Shown here piece by piece: positions 19,452 to 29,749 of a stretch of DNA of 64,000 nt. The notes beneath the pieces were generated by a model that saw only the letters and a list, made by a program, of their open reading frames with translations, searched no databases and was not told the origin of the DNA. This DNA comes from a virus. The translations under genes were made by a program, and so were the position numbers. Position 1 is the first letter of the stretch. Every line of letters begins with the position of its first letter. The stretch lies in IMG/VR virus record IMGVR_UViG_3300045412_000547; one strand, 5' to 3'.

Positions 19452-20332
19452 GCAAATCTGTTACAGACATTCTTAAAGAAGCAACCAAAGATATTCTTTC
19501 TGAAGATATCTTAAAAGAAATCGAATTGGCTTTCAATACTACAGTTAATGATAAAGTAAAAATTCATGTTGAAAAAGCTCTCAATGAACAGGATGAGGAT
19601 TACGCAAAAAAATTAGAAAAGCTTGTTGATGTTATCGATGCTGACCATACAACTAAATTAAATCAAGTTGTCGAAGCAATAGATAAAAATCATGCTAAAA
19701 AACTTCAAACGATTGTCGAAAAATACGAAAAGACAATTAAAGAGGAAGCGGTAGGTTTCAAAAATAATTTAGTTGAACAAGTAAGCAAATATTTAGAAAT
19801 TTACCTGGACGAGAAAATTCCTTCCGCTCAGATTCAAGATGCAGTAAACAATAAGAGAGCAACTAAAATGTTAAGCGAAATGCGTAATATGCTTTCTGTT
19901 AATGATGCTCTTGCAAAAGACAGCATTAAAGAAGCTGTTATAGATGGAAAGAATAGACTTGATGAAGCTGTTAAACAGCTTGAAGCCGCTGATTCAAAAG
20001 TTAAGAAATTAAGTGAATCATTAAATAAAGCTGAAGCACAGCTTGTCTTAGAAAAGAAATTATCTTCATTAGATAGCGATAAAAAAGCTTACATGAAGAA
20101 AATGCTTTCTGGCAAGACGCCGCAGTTTATAAATGAAAATTTTGATTATACACTTAAGCTGTTTGAAAAAACTGAAGAAGAGCGGCTTGCAAATCTTAAG
20201 GAAGAGGCAGTAACAGAGAGCGTAGCTCAAAAAGTAGATCGCCCTGTTATTGAAGAAAAAGCAAAGTCTAGTAATGATGAACTAAGAGACCCTGCTTTTG
20301 ATCTCTATCTTAAAGAGCTCAATAAATATTAA
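19448..20332 (+). CDS. gp22: Prohead core scaffold protein
   Basis: Coiled-coil, E/K-rich, directly upstream of the major capsid gene. Confidence 0.8.
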   Translation: MSKSVTDILKEATKDILSEDILKEIELAFNTTVNDKVKIHVEKALNEQDEDYAKKLEKLVDVIDADHTTKLNQVVEAIDKNHAKKLQTIVEKYEKTIKEEAVGFKNNLVEQVSKYLEIYLDEKIPSAQIQDAVNNKRATKMLSEMRNMLSVNDALAKDSIKEAVIDGKNRLDEAVKQLEAADSKVKKLSESLNKAEAQLVLEKKLSSLDSDKKAYMKKMLSGKTPQFINENFDYTLKLFEKTEEERLANLKEEAVTESVAQKVDRPVIEEKAKSSNDELRDPAFDLYLKELNKY

Positions 20333-20404
20333 TTTTTAGAGCTTCTGAGGCATTTGCCTGAATAGAATCCCAAGGTCGACACATTAAGGAGACTTAATAT
20401 ATAT

Positions 20405-21913
20405 ATGGCACAAATTCGTCCTTCACAGGCGTACATCGATGAGAATCGCGCAAAGGTATTGCTCGAAAAGTGGAGCCCAGTATTGGATTACACTTCCGAC
20501 AATGTCCGCGCAATCGAAGATGATCACACCCGCTTAAACACCGCTATTCTTTTGGAAAACCAAGAGAAGTGGTGCTTTGAAGCTTACGGTACAAATAGTG
20601 GTAACATTGCTGGTGGTACGACAAGTGTTTTCGGTTCCGTCAATGCTGGCGGTACCGGTGGCGCTTTTCCCCCGAACAGTGACTCCTATGCCCCGGGTGA
20701 TGCTCGCCTTCCTAAGATTCTTATTCCGATGATTCGTCGTACGTTCCCGGAATTGATCACTAACGAAATCGTTGGTGTTCAGCCGATGAGCGGCCCTGTT
20801 GGATTAGCTTTTGCCCTCAGATACAGATATGACGGTGATGCACTCGGTGCTACTAACGGTAAAGGTCTTGACGGCTCATTAGCCTCAGGCACTACCGTGT
20901 GGCCGGGCGCTTCAGCCGGCGGTTCTGATGGAGCTGAATTAGGTTATCAGTACCTCGATACGAGATTTACTGGTACATCTTCTTCTGCTTTGGTTGGTGA
21001 TTCAACTTTCTTCCCCTTCGTCCCTCAGGACCAAGGTGTTGCTCAGTTGCTCGCTAACTTTGAGTTAACCTCTAAGATTCCCCAGATTGTAGTTAGCTTC
21101 GAAAAGACAGCTGTTGAAGCTGGAACTCGTAGGCTCGCTGCTCGCTGGTCAGTTGAACTCGAGCAAGACTTGAAGAACATGAACGGTATTGATATCGACA
21201 CGGAACTCACTAACGCAATGTCGTATGAGTTACAGGCCGAAATCGACCGTGAAATGATAATCAGAATGATCCAGACTGCACTCAATGCCGGTTTCGGCAC
21301 TGGGTTCTCGGTATGGTCACCCGCTTCGGCGGATGGTCGTTGGCTCGTAGAGCGCAACCGCGATTTCTATCAGAGGTTAATCATCGAGGCTAACAGAATC
21401 GCTGTCCGTAACCGCCGTGGCGCGGCTAACTTCGTCGTTGCAACACCTCGTGTGTGTGCAATCCTCGAAATGTTACCCGAGTTCCAGTGGGCACCGGTAC
21501 AGGGAAATGTTAACACACAGCCCGTTGGTGTAGCAAAGGTTGGTTCACTTGGTGGCCGTTTCAACGTTTACCGTGATACGAGAACAGAAGCCCAATTCCA
21601 AGCCTACCCCGGAGGTAACTTCGGTGGTATCGGTGCTGGCGCCGCTGGTGGCACACGCTCCCAGCCGGTTGAATACGCGCTTCTCGGTTATAAGGGTCCG
21701 GAGTTTTATGACACCGGTATCATTTATTGCCCGTACATCCCGGTAATGGTGCAGCGCACAATTGGCCCGAACGACTTCTCTCCGAGAGTCGGGTTGCTTA
21801 CTCGCTATGGCGTTGTAGACAACATCTTCGGTGCTAACTTGTACTATCACGTAATTATCTTACGTGGTTTAGGCACTGCATTTACACCTGGAACACAATC
21901 CGTGTACTTCTAA
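20405..21913 (+). CDS. gp23: Major capsid protein
   Basis: LLEKWSPVL, LLENQ, GVQPMSGPVGL, WSVELEQDL, EIDRE, YCPYIP, TRYG; AAGGAG SD upstream. Confidence 0.97.
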   Translation: MAQIRPSQAYIDENRAKVLLEKWSPVLDYTSDNVRAIEDDHTRLNTAILLENQEKWCFEAYGTNSGNIAGGTTSVFGSVNAGGTGGAFPPNSDSYAPGDARLPKILIPMIRRTFPELITNEIVGVQPMSGPVGLAFALRYRYDGDALGATNGKGLDGSLASGTTVWPGASAGGSDGAELGYQYLDTRFTGTSSSALVGDSTFFPFVPQDQGVAQLLANFELTSKIPQIVVSFEKTAVEAGTRRLAARWSVELEQDLKNMNGIDIDTELTNAMSYELQAEIDREMIIRMIQTALNAGFGTGFSVWSPASADGRWLVERNRDFYQRLIIEANRIAVRNRRGAANFVVATPRVCAILEMLPEFQWAPVQGNVNTQPVGVAKVGSLGGRFNVYRDTRTEAQFQAYPGGNFGGIGAGAAGGTRSQPVEYALLGYKGPEFYDTGIIYCPYIPVMVQRTIGPNDFSPRVGLLTRYGVVDNIFGANLYYHVIILRGLGTAFTPGTQSVYF

Positions 21914-21972
21914 TCAACTGATTAGAATCGACAAAAAGAAAGTATTTTCACCTAGTAAGTCCTAGGAAATTT

Positions 21973-22006
21973 AAAAAGAGGGATCTTGCGGTCTCTCTTT
22001 TTTTTT
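21973..22006 (+). terminator. Rho-independent terminator after the capsid gene
   Basis: AAGAGGGATC-TTGC-GGTCTCTCTT stem (with G.U pairs) followed by a T run. Confidence 0.8.
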
Positions 22007-22039
22007 GTAAAAATATAAACTTTTAGAATAAATATTTAC

Positions 22040-22405
22040 ATGGCAATTTTTAATAGCATGGTAGCAAACCCGCAGGCAACAGACCCGGTTTCATTAAATC
22101 TTTCTTTAACATCTAACGGTGTTATTATTAGAAGTTTAGGTAGTAATGCTAGTGCCATTTTATTTAATAAAGAAAATACTCTTACTGGTTCAACAACGTT
22201 AATCACTGTTACAGCAAACAACGTTGCCACAAGATTTTCTATTGATAATAGTTATAATAATAAGCTTATTTCTATATTATTAACTAACGGTACAGCATTT
22301 GAATTTACTTTAAATATTGCAACAAACGATGCTCAGACACTTACAGATGCTGGCTTTAATTCGGTTAGTCCTGAAAAATTAAGACGTACAAATTTAGAAG
22401 GCTAA
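22040..22405 (+). CDS. Late protein, possible capsid decoration
   Basis: TAAATA 5 nt upstream; N/T/S-rich; follows gp23. Confidence 0.55.
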   Translation: MAIFNSMVANPQATDPVSLNLSLTSNGVIIRSLGSNASAILFNKENTLTGSTTLITVTANNVATRFSIDNSYNNKLISILLTNGTAFEFTLNIATNDAQTLTDAGFNSVSPEKLRRTNLEG

Positions 22406-23320
22406 TTACTGCCTGACAGTTTTCGTAAAGTACTTAAACTTATCAACTAGGTTTCTATCTAATAAATCATAACTGCTTGCGCGAGTTGGATTAATATCAA
22501 TACCGCCACGCCGGACATATAAACACGATACAACTAACTCTTCAGGGTTAAATTTATCATAAAAACGTTTATAAATTGTCTCACAAATCTCTTCATGAAA
22601 ATGACATTCATCTCGGAATGATATAATATATTGCAGTAATGAAACTTTATTAATTTCATACCTACCTTTGTAATGTATGTAAACATCGCCCCAATCTGGC
22701 TGAGATGTTACTCTGCAGTTACTTTTTAATAAAGCAGAATGAAATCTTTGGGTCCTAGATTCTGGTATTTCAATAGCATTTAAAAGATTAGGATTCTCAC
22801 TATAAGATAATGCTTGTATCATCGTTACATCAATTTCTAATTCTAAATTAGGATATTCACTATTGGGAAATACTGGAGGATAATAAGCACCATCATCAAT
22901 AGATGTAGTAGATCTTACATATACAAGGACATCTGTTTTTAATAGTAAAGAAAGATCTATACTAATTTTATCTTGTAATTGATTCAATACACTTATAATA
23001 TTACCTTTAAATTTTTCCATGTTAAATGAGTTAAGATACAATTTGATCGATTTAGATTCTACGATGTACTCACTATTACAGGGATAAACAATTTTTGCTA
23101 TTGCTGCTATTGGCATGCCTTCTGCTGTTAAACAAGATACTTCATATGCATTCCAAATATCATATCCTTTAAAAGGTAAATTGTCGTCCTTTATGCCTAA
23201 ATGTTTTCTATTATTTTGTCTTGGTTCAGGTACTAATAAAGACGGGTCATATGTACATTTGTAACCAGTAATCTTGCCTAAATGCTTTGAAATATTACTA
23301 TTATCGAGTTGTGTGTTCAT
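22406..23320 (-). CDS. queF: NADPH-dependent preQ0 reductase (two-domain type)
   Basis: DIWNAYEVS, ESKSIKLYLNSF QueF motif, SNCRVTSQPDWG catalytic Cys, FHE, RRGGIDINP. Confidence 0.93.
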   Translation of the reverse strand: MNTQLDNSNISKHLGKITGYKCTYDPSLLVPEPRQNNRKHLGIKDDNLPFKGYDIWNAYEVSCLTAEGMPIAAIAKIVYPCNSEYIVESKSIKLYLNSFNMEKFKGNIISVLNQLQDKISIDLSLLLKTDVLVYVRSTTSIDDGAYYPPVFPNSEYPNLELEIDVTMIQALSYSENPNLLNAIEIPESRTQRFHSALLKSNCRVTSQPDWGDVYIHYKGRYEINKVSLLQYIISFRDECHFHEEICETIYKRFYDKFNPEELVVSCLYVRRGGIDINPTRASSYDLLDRNLVDKFKYFTKTVRQ

Positions 23321-23888
23321 TTATTATTAATTTAATTTGATTCATCCTTTCTTCAATTGTTCCTTTTAGTCTATATACCCTATCTTTCCATTGCGATTGC
23401 TTTATATAGTGTTCGAACTTTTCTATCATTATATTTCTAAAATTCTGATCTACACTTCTTTCACCGTCATCAATCAGTATTACATCAGTAGGGTCAGGAT
23501 ATAAAATAATATCGTATTTAGTATGATATCTAAGCCAATACCACATAGACTGCATCCATACATTATCACTAACTAGTTTTTTATCGTGAAAATAATCTGT
23601 ATATAAAAACCCATCCATAAGACACCTATCATGAACTGCATTTTTACATGATGACAATATATCAGCTCTAAATAAATTTTCTAGTTCTTTATTAATAATT
23701 AACAGTTGAGTAATGTCATTAGCACCTTCTTCGTTTATACTAACATTAAATTCTCTTTTAACTAACCGAGTAACTTCATCAATATAAAAAAACCTATCTC
23801 CAAGCCATTTAATACTCTCTTCTTCTTTCATTTTCTTTAGCAAAGTAGTTTTACCTGAACAATGCGGGCCCGTAAACGTTATATTCAC
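23301..23888 (-). CDS. P-loop nucleotide kinase (AAA_28 / dNMP-kinase-like)
   Basis: GPHCSGKTT; HDRCLMDGFLYT; DDGERS. Confidence 0.8.
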   Translation of the reverse strand: MNITFTGPHCSGKTTLLKKMKEEESIKWLGDRFFYIDEVTRLVKREFNVSINEEGANDITQLLIINKELENLFRADILSSCKNAVHDRCLMDGFLYTDYFHDKKLVSDNVWMQSMWYWLRYHTKYDIILYPDPTDVILIDDGERSVDQNFRNIMIEKFEHYIKQSQWKDRVYRLKGTIEERMNQIKLIINEHTTR

Positions 23889-24044
23889 TAACTATATCTT
23901 AACGGAATAATTTTTTAATACAAGCTTTTAATTTCTTAAAAATAGTTATTGTGGCATTGTCAGCTATTTCTTGTAATTTAAAATATCCCTTTAGTAGATG
24001 ATTATCATCATCAACCCAAACATACTTCGGGCGCTCTTTTTTCT

Positions 24045-24392
24045 TCATTTACACCATTTTCTTCTTTTTACTATTTCGGCAATAATACAATATACCGAAG
24101 TATCACTAAAAGCATCGAATACAGGCTCATTTGCTGTATCAAAAGTTTTTTTACGTAGCACAAGATTAATTAATCTTTGAATCTTATCATTCAACCGTAC
24201 AACAATAGCAGAAACTGATGCTGTTATATCTTCTTGTTTAAATAAATCGGAACCTAGGCTAATATTATGTGGTCCGTAGTCAAATTGTTTTTTACAAAAC
24301 GTCTCATAATGTTCAGATTGTATTTTTTTAAATTCACTACATGTTTCAGGATATGTAGTTTCTACATATTGAATAATTTCTTGAGAGGTCAT
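24045..24392 (-). CDS. Nucleotide-modification-associated domain 1 (DUF1599/Nmad1)-like protein
   Basis: KKQFDYG, VRLNDKIQRLINL, NEPVFDAFSDTSVYCII. Confidence 0.7.
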   Translation of the reverse strand: MTSQEIIQYVETTYPETCSEFKKIQSEHYETFCKKQFDYGPHNISLGSDLFKQEDITASVSAIVVRLNDKIQRLINLVLRKKTFDTANEPVFDAFSDTSVYCIIAEIVKRRKWCK

Positions 24393-24961
24393 TTCTCTAA
24401 TATCTTACATCCTTTTAAAAAACTTATCCATAAATCTAGCGCCACTTTTCTTAATTTAGTATAGACATCGTCTAAAGATAATCCATCAATTTGCTCTCCT
24501 TGACTCATCAAAATTTCACCTTCATCTACACCCGGTGTGACACGATGTATGACACAACCAGCCAATTTATATCCTTCACGGAAAGCCCTCTCTTGCGGAT
24601 TAAATCCTTTCATAGAAGGAAACTTATCAATAAGGCCGGGATGCAAATTATATATCTCATACTTTTCACAAATCTGCTTTGGTATAATTCTTAAGTAGCC
24701 GTGTAAAGTCACAATCGGATTACTATATACACTCAAAACATTTTCATAATTTTCAATAGTCGGTTTATTCGGTATCATATACCAGGTATGTGGCTTATTT
24801 AATTTAGTAGCACGAAACTTAGTTAGTTCGATTAATTTTTGATTTATCCCGTCCTTGGTATGTCTATTGGTAACTATACTGTCAGGATACACACCAAGTG
24901 CATTACTTAAGTCGTAAATTTCAGTTCCTGTTTGTGAAAAAAATGTAACCCAGGGTCTCAT
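24389..24961 (-). CDS. dpdN: PurN-like formyltransferase, probable preQ1 formyltransferase
   Basis: FFSQTGT, LHGYLRII, NLHPGL, GCVIHRVTPGVDEGEIL; lies between a TGT-like gene and queF. Confidence 0.7.
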   Translation of the reverse strand: MRPWVTFFSQTGTEIYDLSNALGVYPDSIVTNRHTKDGINQKLIELTKFRATKLNKPHTWYMIPNKPTIENYENVLSVYSNPIVTLHGYLRIIPKQICEKYEIYNLHPGLIDKFPSMKGFNPQERAFREGYKLAGCVIHRVTPGVDEGEILMSQGEQIDGLSLDDVYTKLRKVALDLWISFLKGCKILEK

Positions 24962-25770
24962 CTACGAATAATTTTTTTAAACATATTTACGTTATAATTT
25001 AAAATATTCAATTGCGTAGGTGTAAGCTCGTGGTCAATTAAATCAGCTAACTTTGTTGTTGGTTTTGTGGGTATACCATAATCAGCATCATATTTTAAGC
25101 CGTGTATAGCGGCGACAACCGGGTTACTTGTATCACAACTTACAATATTATAAATATTTTTATCAACATAAAATCTAAATTCTTTTGCTAACGAACAACC
25201 AAGTAAATGGTGTGGTTTATTCCAATTCCATAAACCACAATCAATTAGCTGTGATATAAACCGCTTTCTTCCTGAACAAAACTTTTCTAATTTTGAATGA
25301 CCTTCACCGGTTACTTGATAATAACTTAAATCAAAGCTAATCGCAATCATATCTGTTTCATTAGACATAAATTCATAACAATCTTTCAAGTCTTGCCAAT
25401 TTTTACCTTGTATAGCACCAATAGCTCGAGAAAAGAAAGAACTTTTTAATGCTCCGGCCTGATCTCTAAAATTTATATAACTATCAATCGTAGCATCTGA
25501 ATCTTCTAAAACATCTGGTACAATAAACATATTTGGCTGTATGTCTAGTGCTGCTTGAAAAAATTTATCCCTATTAAAAGCAGTACCGAGTTCAAATATA
25601 GAGTTATCTAATAGAACTTCTCGGTTATGTATATTCCGTGCTGTTTTAAAATAATTGTAATAATTAGATTTTGTCTCAAATAAATGAACTAATGCGTAGT
25701 CAAAATCATTATATGTCTGTGAATAATCTATAATAGATATGGGAGATTCGTGAGATACTTTTATTAGCAT
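24958..25770 (-). CDS. dpdA: TGT-like TIM-barrel guanine transglycosylase (DpdA family, possibly DpdA3-like)
   Basis: TGT-order motifs LLDNSIFELG, VPD, GAIQG, IAISF, HHLLG, SCDTSNP; first gene of the queF operon. Confidence 0.7.
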   Translation of the reverse strand: MLIKVSHESPISIIDYSQTYNDFDYALVHLFETKSNYYNYFKTARNIHNREVLLDNSIFELGTAFNRDKFFQAALDIQPNMFIVPDVLEDSDATIDSYINFRDQAGALKSSFFSRAIGAIQGKNWQDLKDCYEFMSNETDMIAISFDLSYYQVTGEGHSKLEKFCSGRKRFISQLIDCGLWNWNKPHHLLGCSLAKEFRFYVDKNIYNIVSCDTSNPVVAAIHGLKYDADYGIPTKPTTKLADLIDHELTPTQLNILNYNVNMFKKIIRR

Positions 25771-25804
25771 CCTAATATTATATAAGTAAATACTCGTATA
25801 TCAA
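25771..25804 (-). promoter_or_regulatory. Sigma70-like promoter of the deazaguanine operon (leaderless geometry)
   Basis: Minus strand TTGATA-N16-TATAAT-N6-ATG. Confidence 0.7.
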
Positions 25805-28776
25805 TGTCTGATTATCCACAGTATTTAGGAAATTATTTAGGAATAGTAATACAGAATAACGACCCAGCTAAACGTGGTCGAATTAAGGTTTTTGTTCCCC
25901 ATATAACGCCCACAGTTTACAAAAACTGGAATGAAGTCAATAAAGATAAGCAGTTTAAGTTTTTAGGGGCAAATATTAATAGCGATTTGACAGATATAAT
26001 GGAGGACTTAAAAAGAATTTTGCCTTGGGCTGAATGTGCAGCTCCTATAGCAGGGGAGTCGAGTAGTGGTCGTTATAATAAATTTTACAATGTCGGTTCT
26101 ATTAGCGATAGTAGTAAGTTAAAGTTAACAGTGAATTCATTGTCAAGCAGTGAAATAAATTATAAGAATGTCGTTGAAAAATATCAGTATACACAAAATT
26201 TTGATCTTATAGGAGAAAAACCCGGTGCAGTTTACGATAAAGATTATTTTCGGTTAAATGATGCTTTTATTAACCCTAAGGAAACAAACGCAAACAATAC
26301 AAACATTTTTGCTTTTAATTATTTACCTGAAACTTACAGCAATGCTGCAAAAGGAAGTTTTAGTATACCCAACGTAGGCGCGCACGTCTGGATATTTTTT
26401 AATGCAGGTGACCCTTTAAAACCAGTTTATTTTGCTGCTTCTTACGGTAATGAAGATTGGAGAACAATTTACCAGACTACCACGGGTGGCAGCGAGTCTT
26501 TTGATGGAACATCATTTAATGCTGATAAAGGTTTAGATTATCCAGGAACTTACGAAAACATACAAAAAGAAAATTATGATATTAACACAGAAGTTTATAG
26601 AAACAAATATGTACTAAATCAAAAAGGTGGTACTATACAAATAGTAAATACCGATAACCGAGAATCAATAAAGATGTCTCATTTTTCCGGTTCATTTAAA
26701 GAATTTACAAATCTAGTAAATGTTGAACTTGCTACTAATAATGATCAAAAGTTAGTTTTGAATGATCAGTTTTTAACAGTTCGGGGAGATAGAAACGAAT
26801 TTACTGGAAATAATTTAGATTTTTTAGTACAAGGAGATCATTATTTAAAAATTGGAAATTTAAAAGCTGACTATCATAAAAAATGGAGAGAGATAGTTAA
26901 AGAAATAGCAGATACAAAGCAGTTATTTGAAATCAGAAGAGCTGAAAGAATAGAAGATAGTATTTTACAGCTTACAGCTCCCGGTCAATTTAAAAGCGGG
27001 CAGCATGCAGATTGTCCAGTCTGTACTGCAATTAAAGATATGTATGGTAAAAAAGATAGATACTGGGCTTATAATAACTCTACAAAAAATGATTACAAAA
27101 ATGAAGTTTTTGGTACTATAGCTGACACTGCGGGCGATTTTATTTTTAGTCAAACTATAATTGGAGGTGCAATCGGCTTTGCAGCAAAAAAAGTAGGTGT
27201 TCAGGGAAAGCCGGAATTTGGAAGCGGTCCAGAATTATCTCAAAAATTCTTTGGTGGTGATTCAGGAGGAAACAATGGACCTGGATGGATATTTGGGGTA
27301 AGGTGCCCGGCTTGTAATCCCGACCCCGGTGAAGAACGTTTTATAATGCTTGGCGAATCAAGACCCACTCCAGGTAAGAGTCCAAGTTCTGCAGATGGTA
27401 CATTTGCAAATGAAACGCGTAAGCGGTTCGTTAAAGAATTAACTCTTAGAAAAATGAAAGAATTAGCAGATCTAGAAAAGAAAATGGGAATTGGTGGAAG
27501 TCAAATCATTGAAATAACAAAGCACAAATTCGAAAACATTGGTATGACAATGAATGATTTTGGGTCTGTTCGAGTAGATGCAAAAGGTAAGATGGAAGTT
27601 TCAGAAGTACGTGTTGGAAAAGGTGGGGTATTTTATAATAGAACACCTTCACCTCTTGTAGAATATGTTCATGTAGATGATCTACCAGGGGGTAATTACA
27701 CATTAAACGTATGCAATCGTTACAACCTTCAAGTAGGTGCCGGGGGTATAAATTTTAAATCTTATGGGCCAGTGAATATGACAGGCACGATAATGAATAT
27801 TGCTGGTACCCAGGTTAATGTAGCAAGTGAAAACGAAGTCAATATTGATGGCGGAAAGCGGTTATCGTTAGTGGGCGATATACTTAGTTTACGTCAGCGT
27901 AATGGTGGTCAAGTTGTTGTCGAAGGCAATCTAGGAGTAACAAAAAACGTTATTATAGCCGGTGGCCTTCATGTTGAAGGAGAACTATGCGCTAATCATA
28001 TAACACTACCAAAAGAAATTCAAGCCACAGAACAAGCCACGCTCCAAGGAGCTCCCACAGTATTAGAACCAATGTCTAATACAAAAGGTAAAATACTTGG
28101 TTTTGGTGTACCCCTTTCAAATTGGCCGGTACCTATAGTTAATGAATTTGGTACTGTAGCATATGAACCAGGTACTGCAGGTGTTTCGGGCCCTCCATAT
28201 ATAGGATTTACAGATGCTACTATTCCATGTGGACGGCTACAAGTTAATACACCTATTGGATATATTAAAGCTGATTTAACTGTTGGGTATATACCAGCAG
28301 GTACATGCAATGTTCAAGGAACAGATTCTCAAGGTGCAACTGTTATATGCACTAACATAATTCCTATTGAAGTTAAAGCATCTAGATTAATATCCGGTGG
28401 TCTCGATGTACCGGTTTTAGCATCATCTAATGGTAGTAGTGTGGCAGGATTTGATACTCCAGTATTTGGATCCGGTGTAGGATCAAATCTCCCGTCAGGA
28501 CCTATAGGAGGTGCTGGTTTAATTGGTGCAGGATGTGTAAAAGGATCCGATGCAGGTATAGCGGGTCTTAATGCAGAACTAATGCCTATTATGATTTACG
28601 GTACCGGTAGAGATGAAAATAGTATAACCATTAAACCTCATAGCCACCAGTTTATTGGTATAGCAACAGATCCTAAAGAGCGTAATGTTGATGTTAGAGA
28701 AGTAGCGCTAGCTATGAATAGTGGATCTCCGGTACCACCAGAACCTGTTAATAATGCGAAAAAGACTAACGCTTAA
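25804..28776 (+). CDS. gp5: Baseplate hub/central spike (gp5/VgrG-like), no recognisable lysozyme domain
   Basis: OB-fold motifs GIVIQNNDPAKRGRIKV and PNVGAHVWIFF..GD..KPVY; beta-helix-like repeats; C-terminal HSH. Confidence 0.75.
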   Translation: MSDYPQYLGNYLGIVIQNNDPAKRGRIKVFVPHITPTVYKNWNEVNKDKQFKFLGANINSDLTDIMEDLKRILPWAECAAPIAGESSSGRYNKFYNVGSISDSSKLKLTVNSLSSSEINYKNVVEKYQYTQNFDLIGEKPGAVYDKDYFRLNDAFINPKETNANNTNIFAFNYLPETYSNAAKGSFSIPNVGAHVWIFFNAGDPLKPVYFAASYGNEDWRTIYQTTTGGSESFDGTSFNADKGLDYPGTYENIQKENYDINTEVYRNKYVLNQKGGTIQIVNTDNRESIKMSHFSGSFKEFTNLVNVELATNNDQKLVLNDQFLTVRGDRNEFTGNNLDFLVQGDHYLKIGNLKADYHKKWREIVKEIADTKQLFEIRRAERIEDSILQLTAPGQFKSGQHADCPVCTAIKDMYGKKDRYWAYNNSTKNDYKNEVFGTIADTAGDFIFSQTIIGGAIGFAAKKVGVQGKPEFGSGPELSQKFFGGDSGGNNGPGWIFGVRCPACNPDPGEERFIMLGESRPTPGKSPSSADGTFANETRKRFVKELTLRKMKELADLEKKMGIGGSQIIEITKHKFENIGMTMNDFGSVRVDAKGKMEVSEVRVGKGGVFYNRTPSPLVEYVHVDDLPGGNYTLNVCNRYNLQVGAGGINFKSYGPVNMTGTIMNIAGTQVNVASENEVNIDGGKRLSLVGDILSLRQRNGGQVVVEGNLGVTKNVIIAGGLHVEGELCANHITLPKEIQATEQATLQGAPTVLEPMSNTKGKILGFGVPLSNWPVPIVNEFGTVAYEPGTAGVSGPPYIGFTDATIPCGRLQVNTPIGYIKADLTVGYIPAGTCNVQGTDSQGATVICTNIIPIEVKASRLISGGLDVPVLASSNGSSVAGFDTPVFGSGVGSNLPSGPIGGAGLIGAGCVKGSDAGIAGLNAELMPIMIYGTGRDENSITIKPHSHQFIGIATDPKERNVDVREVALAMNSGSPVPPEPVNNAKKTNA

Positions 28777-29732
28777 TTATATCCAATATCTACATAATAC
28801 AAAGCTTCTAAATCTTCGCCCCCGGCGTAACTAATTGCACTTTGAAGGTCTTGTTGTATCTCATTTAATTTCCAGAGATATGTATTATGCTGCATGGGAA
28901 TTAATTCCAATTTACCTTCTACGTTATTTTCCGTTCCTTTATTATAAAAACTAGCAGATCCGTAATATTCTTTATAAAATAATGTCGGGCTATTTGGGTC
29001 TCTAACTAGTAGTGAGGGGCTGTCGTATAAACATGCAAACATACCGCCGCACATTACCATGCTGGCCCCGGCTACAATAGCTTTTGCTATATCTCCATTA
29101 CAACGTATTCCTCCATCGGCAATAATATCTACCTTACATCTTTCCGCTATGCTTTGAATACAGGTAAACATAGGCATTGTAAAGCCAGTTTTATCTTTTG
29201 TAGTACATACATATCCTTGACCAATGCCTACTTTTATACCATCCGTACCCCATCCAACCAAATCTTCTGCAGCTTGAGAGGTAGCAATATTGCCTGCTAT
29301 AACATATGTTTCGCTTGTTTTTAAATTACAAATATGTTCTAACATGTTTTTTACAAACGAATGGTGACCGTGGGCAACATCAATAGTTACAAAATCTAAT
29401 CGTAAATTGTTTGCAAATATATTTTCTAAATCTATATAATCTTTATCATGTACCCCTACACTAATAGAAATAGTCTTCCACCCTTCTTTATTAGCCTTTT
29501 TTACAAACTCAAAATTATCTACATTAAATCTATGCATAATATAAAAGTATTCGTTTTCAGATAATAGTTTTGCTAATTTTTCATTGATAGAACATTTCAT
29601 ATTGGAAGGCACAACAGGCACTTTAAATATATGGTTACCTAACTTAGTAAATGTAGAAGCAACTTTACGAGTAGGAAGACCAGACATTTTTGGAATTAAG
29701 AAAATGTCTTTATAGTGTAAGAAACGCTTCAC
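28773..29732 (-). CDS. guaC: GMP reductase
   Basis: PSNM, YFYIMHRF, TIDVAHGH, IAGNIAT, KVGIGQGYVCTT, IADGGIR, QDLQSAISYAGG. Confidence 0.9.
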   Translation of the reverse strand: MKRFLHYKDIFLIPKMSGLPTRKVASTFTKLGNHIFKVPVVPSNMKCSINEKLAKLLSENEYFYIMHRFNVDNFEFVKKANKEGWKTISISVGVHDKDYIDLENIFANNLRLDFVTIDVAHGHHSFVKNMLEHICNLKTSETYVIAGNIATSQAAEDLVGWGTDGIKVGIGQGYVCTTKDKTGFTMPMFTCIQSIAERCKVDIIADGGIRCNGDIAKAIVAGASMVMCGGMFACLYDSPSLLVRDPNSPTLFYKEYYGSASFYNKGTENNVEGKLELIPMQHNTYLWKLNEIQQDLQSAISYAGGEDLEALYYVDIGYN

Positions 29733-29749
29733 CTATCTAATTATAGGTA

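Noticed and set aside
21043-21850. Antisense and alternate-frame ORFs inside gp23
   Set aside because: Shadow ORFs from the GC-richer, biased codon usage of the capsid gene
24389-24961. Ordinary purine-biosynthesis purN
   Set aside because: No other pur genes in the window; coupled to a TGT-like gene in a queF operon, so base formylation fits better (not excluded)
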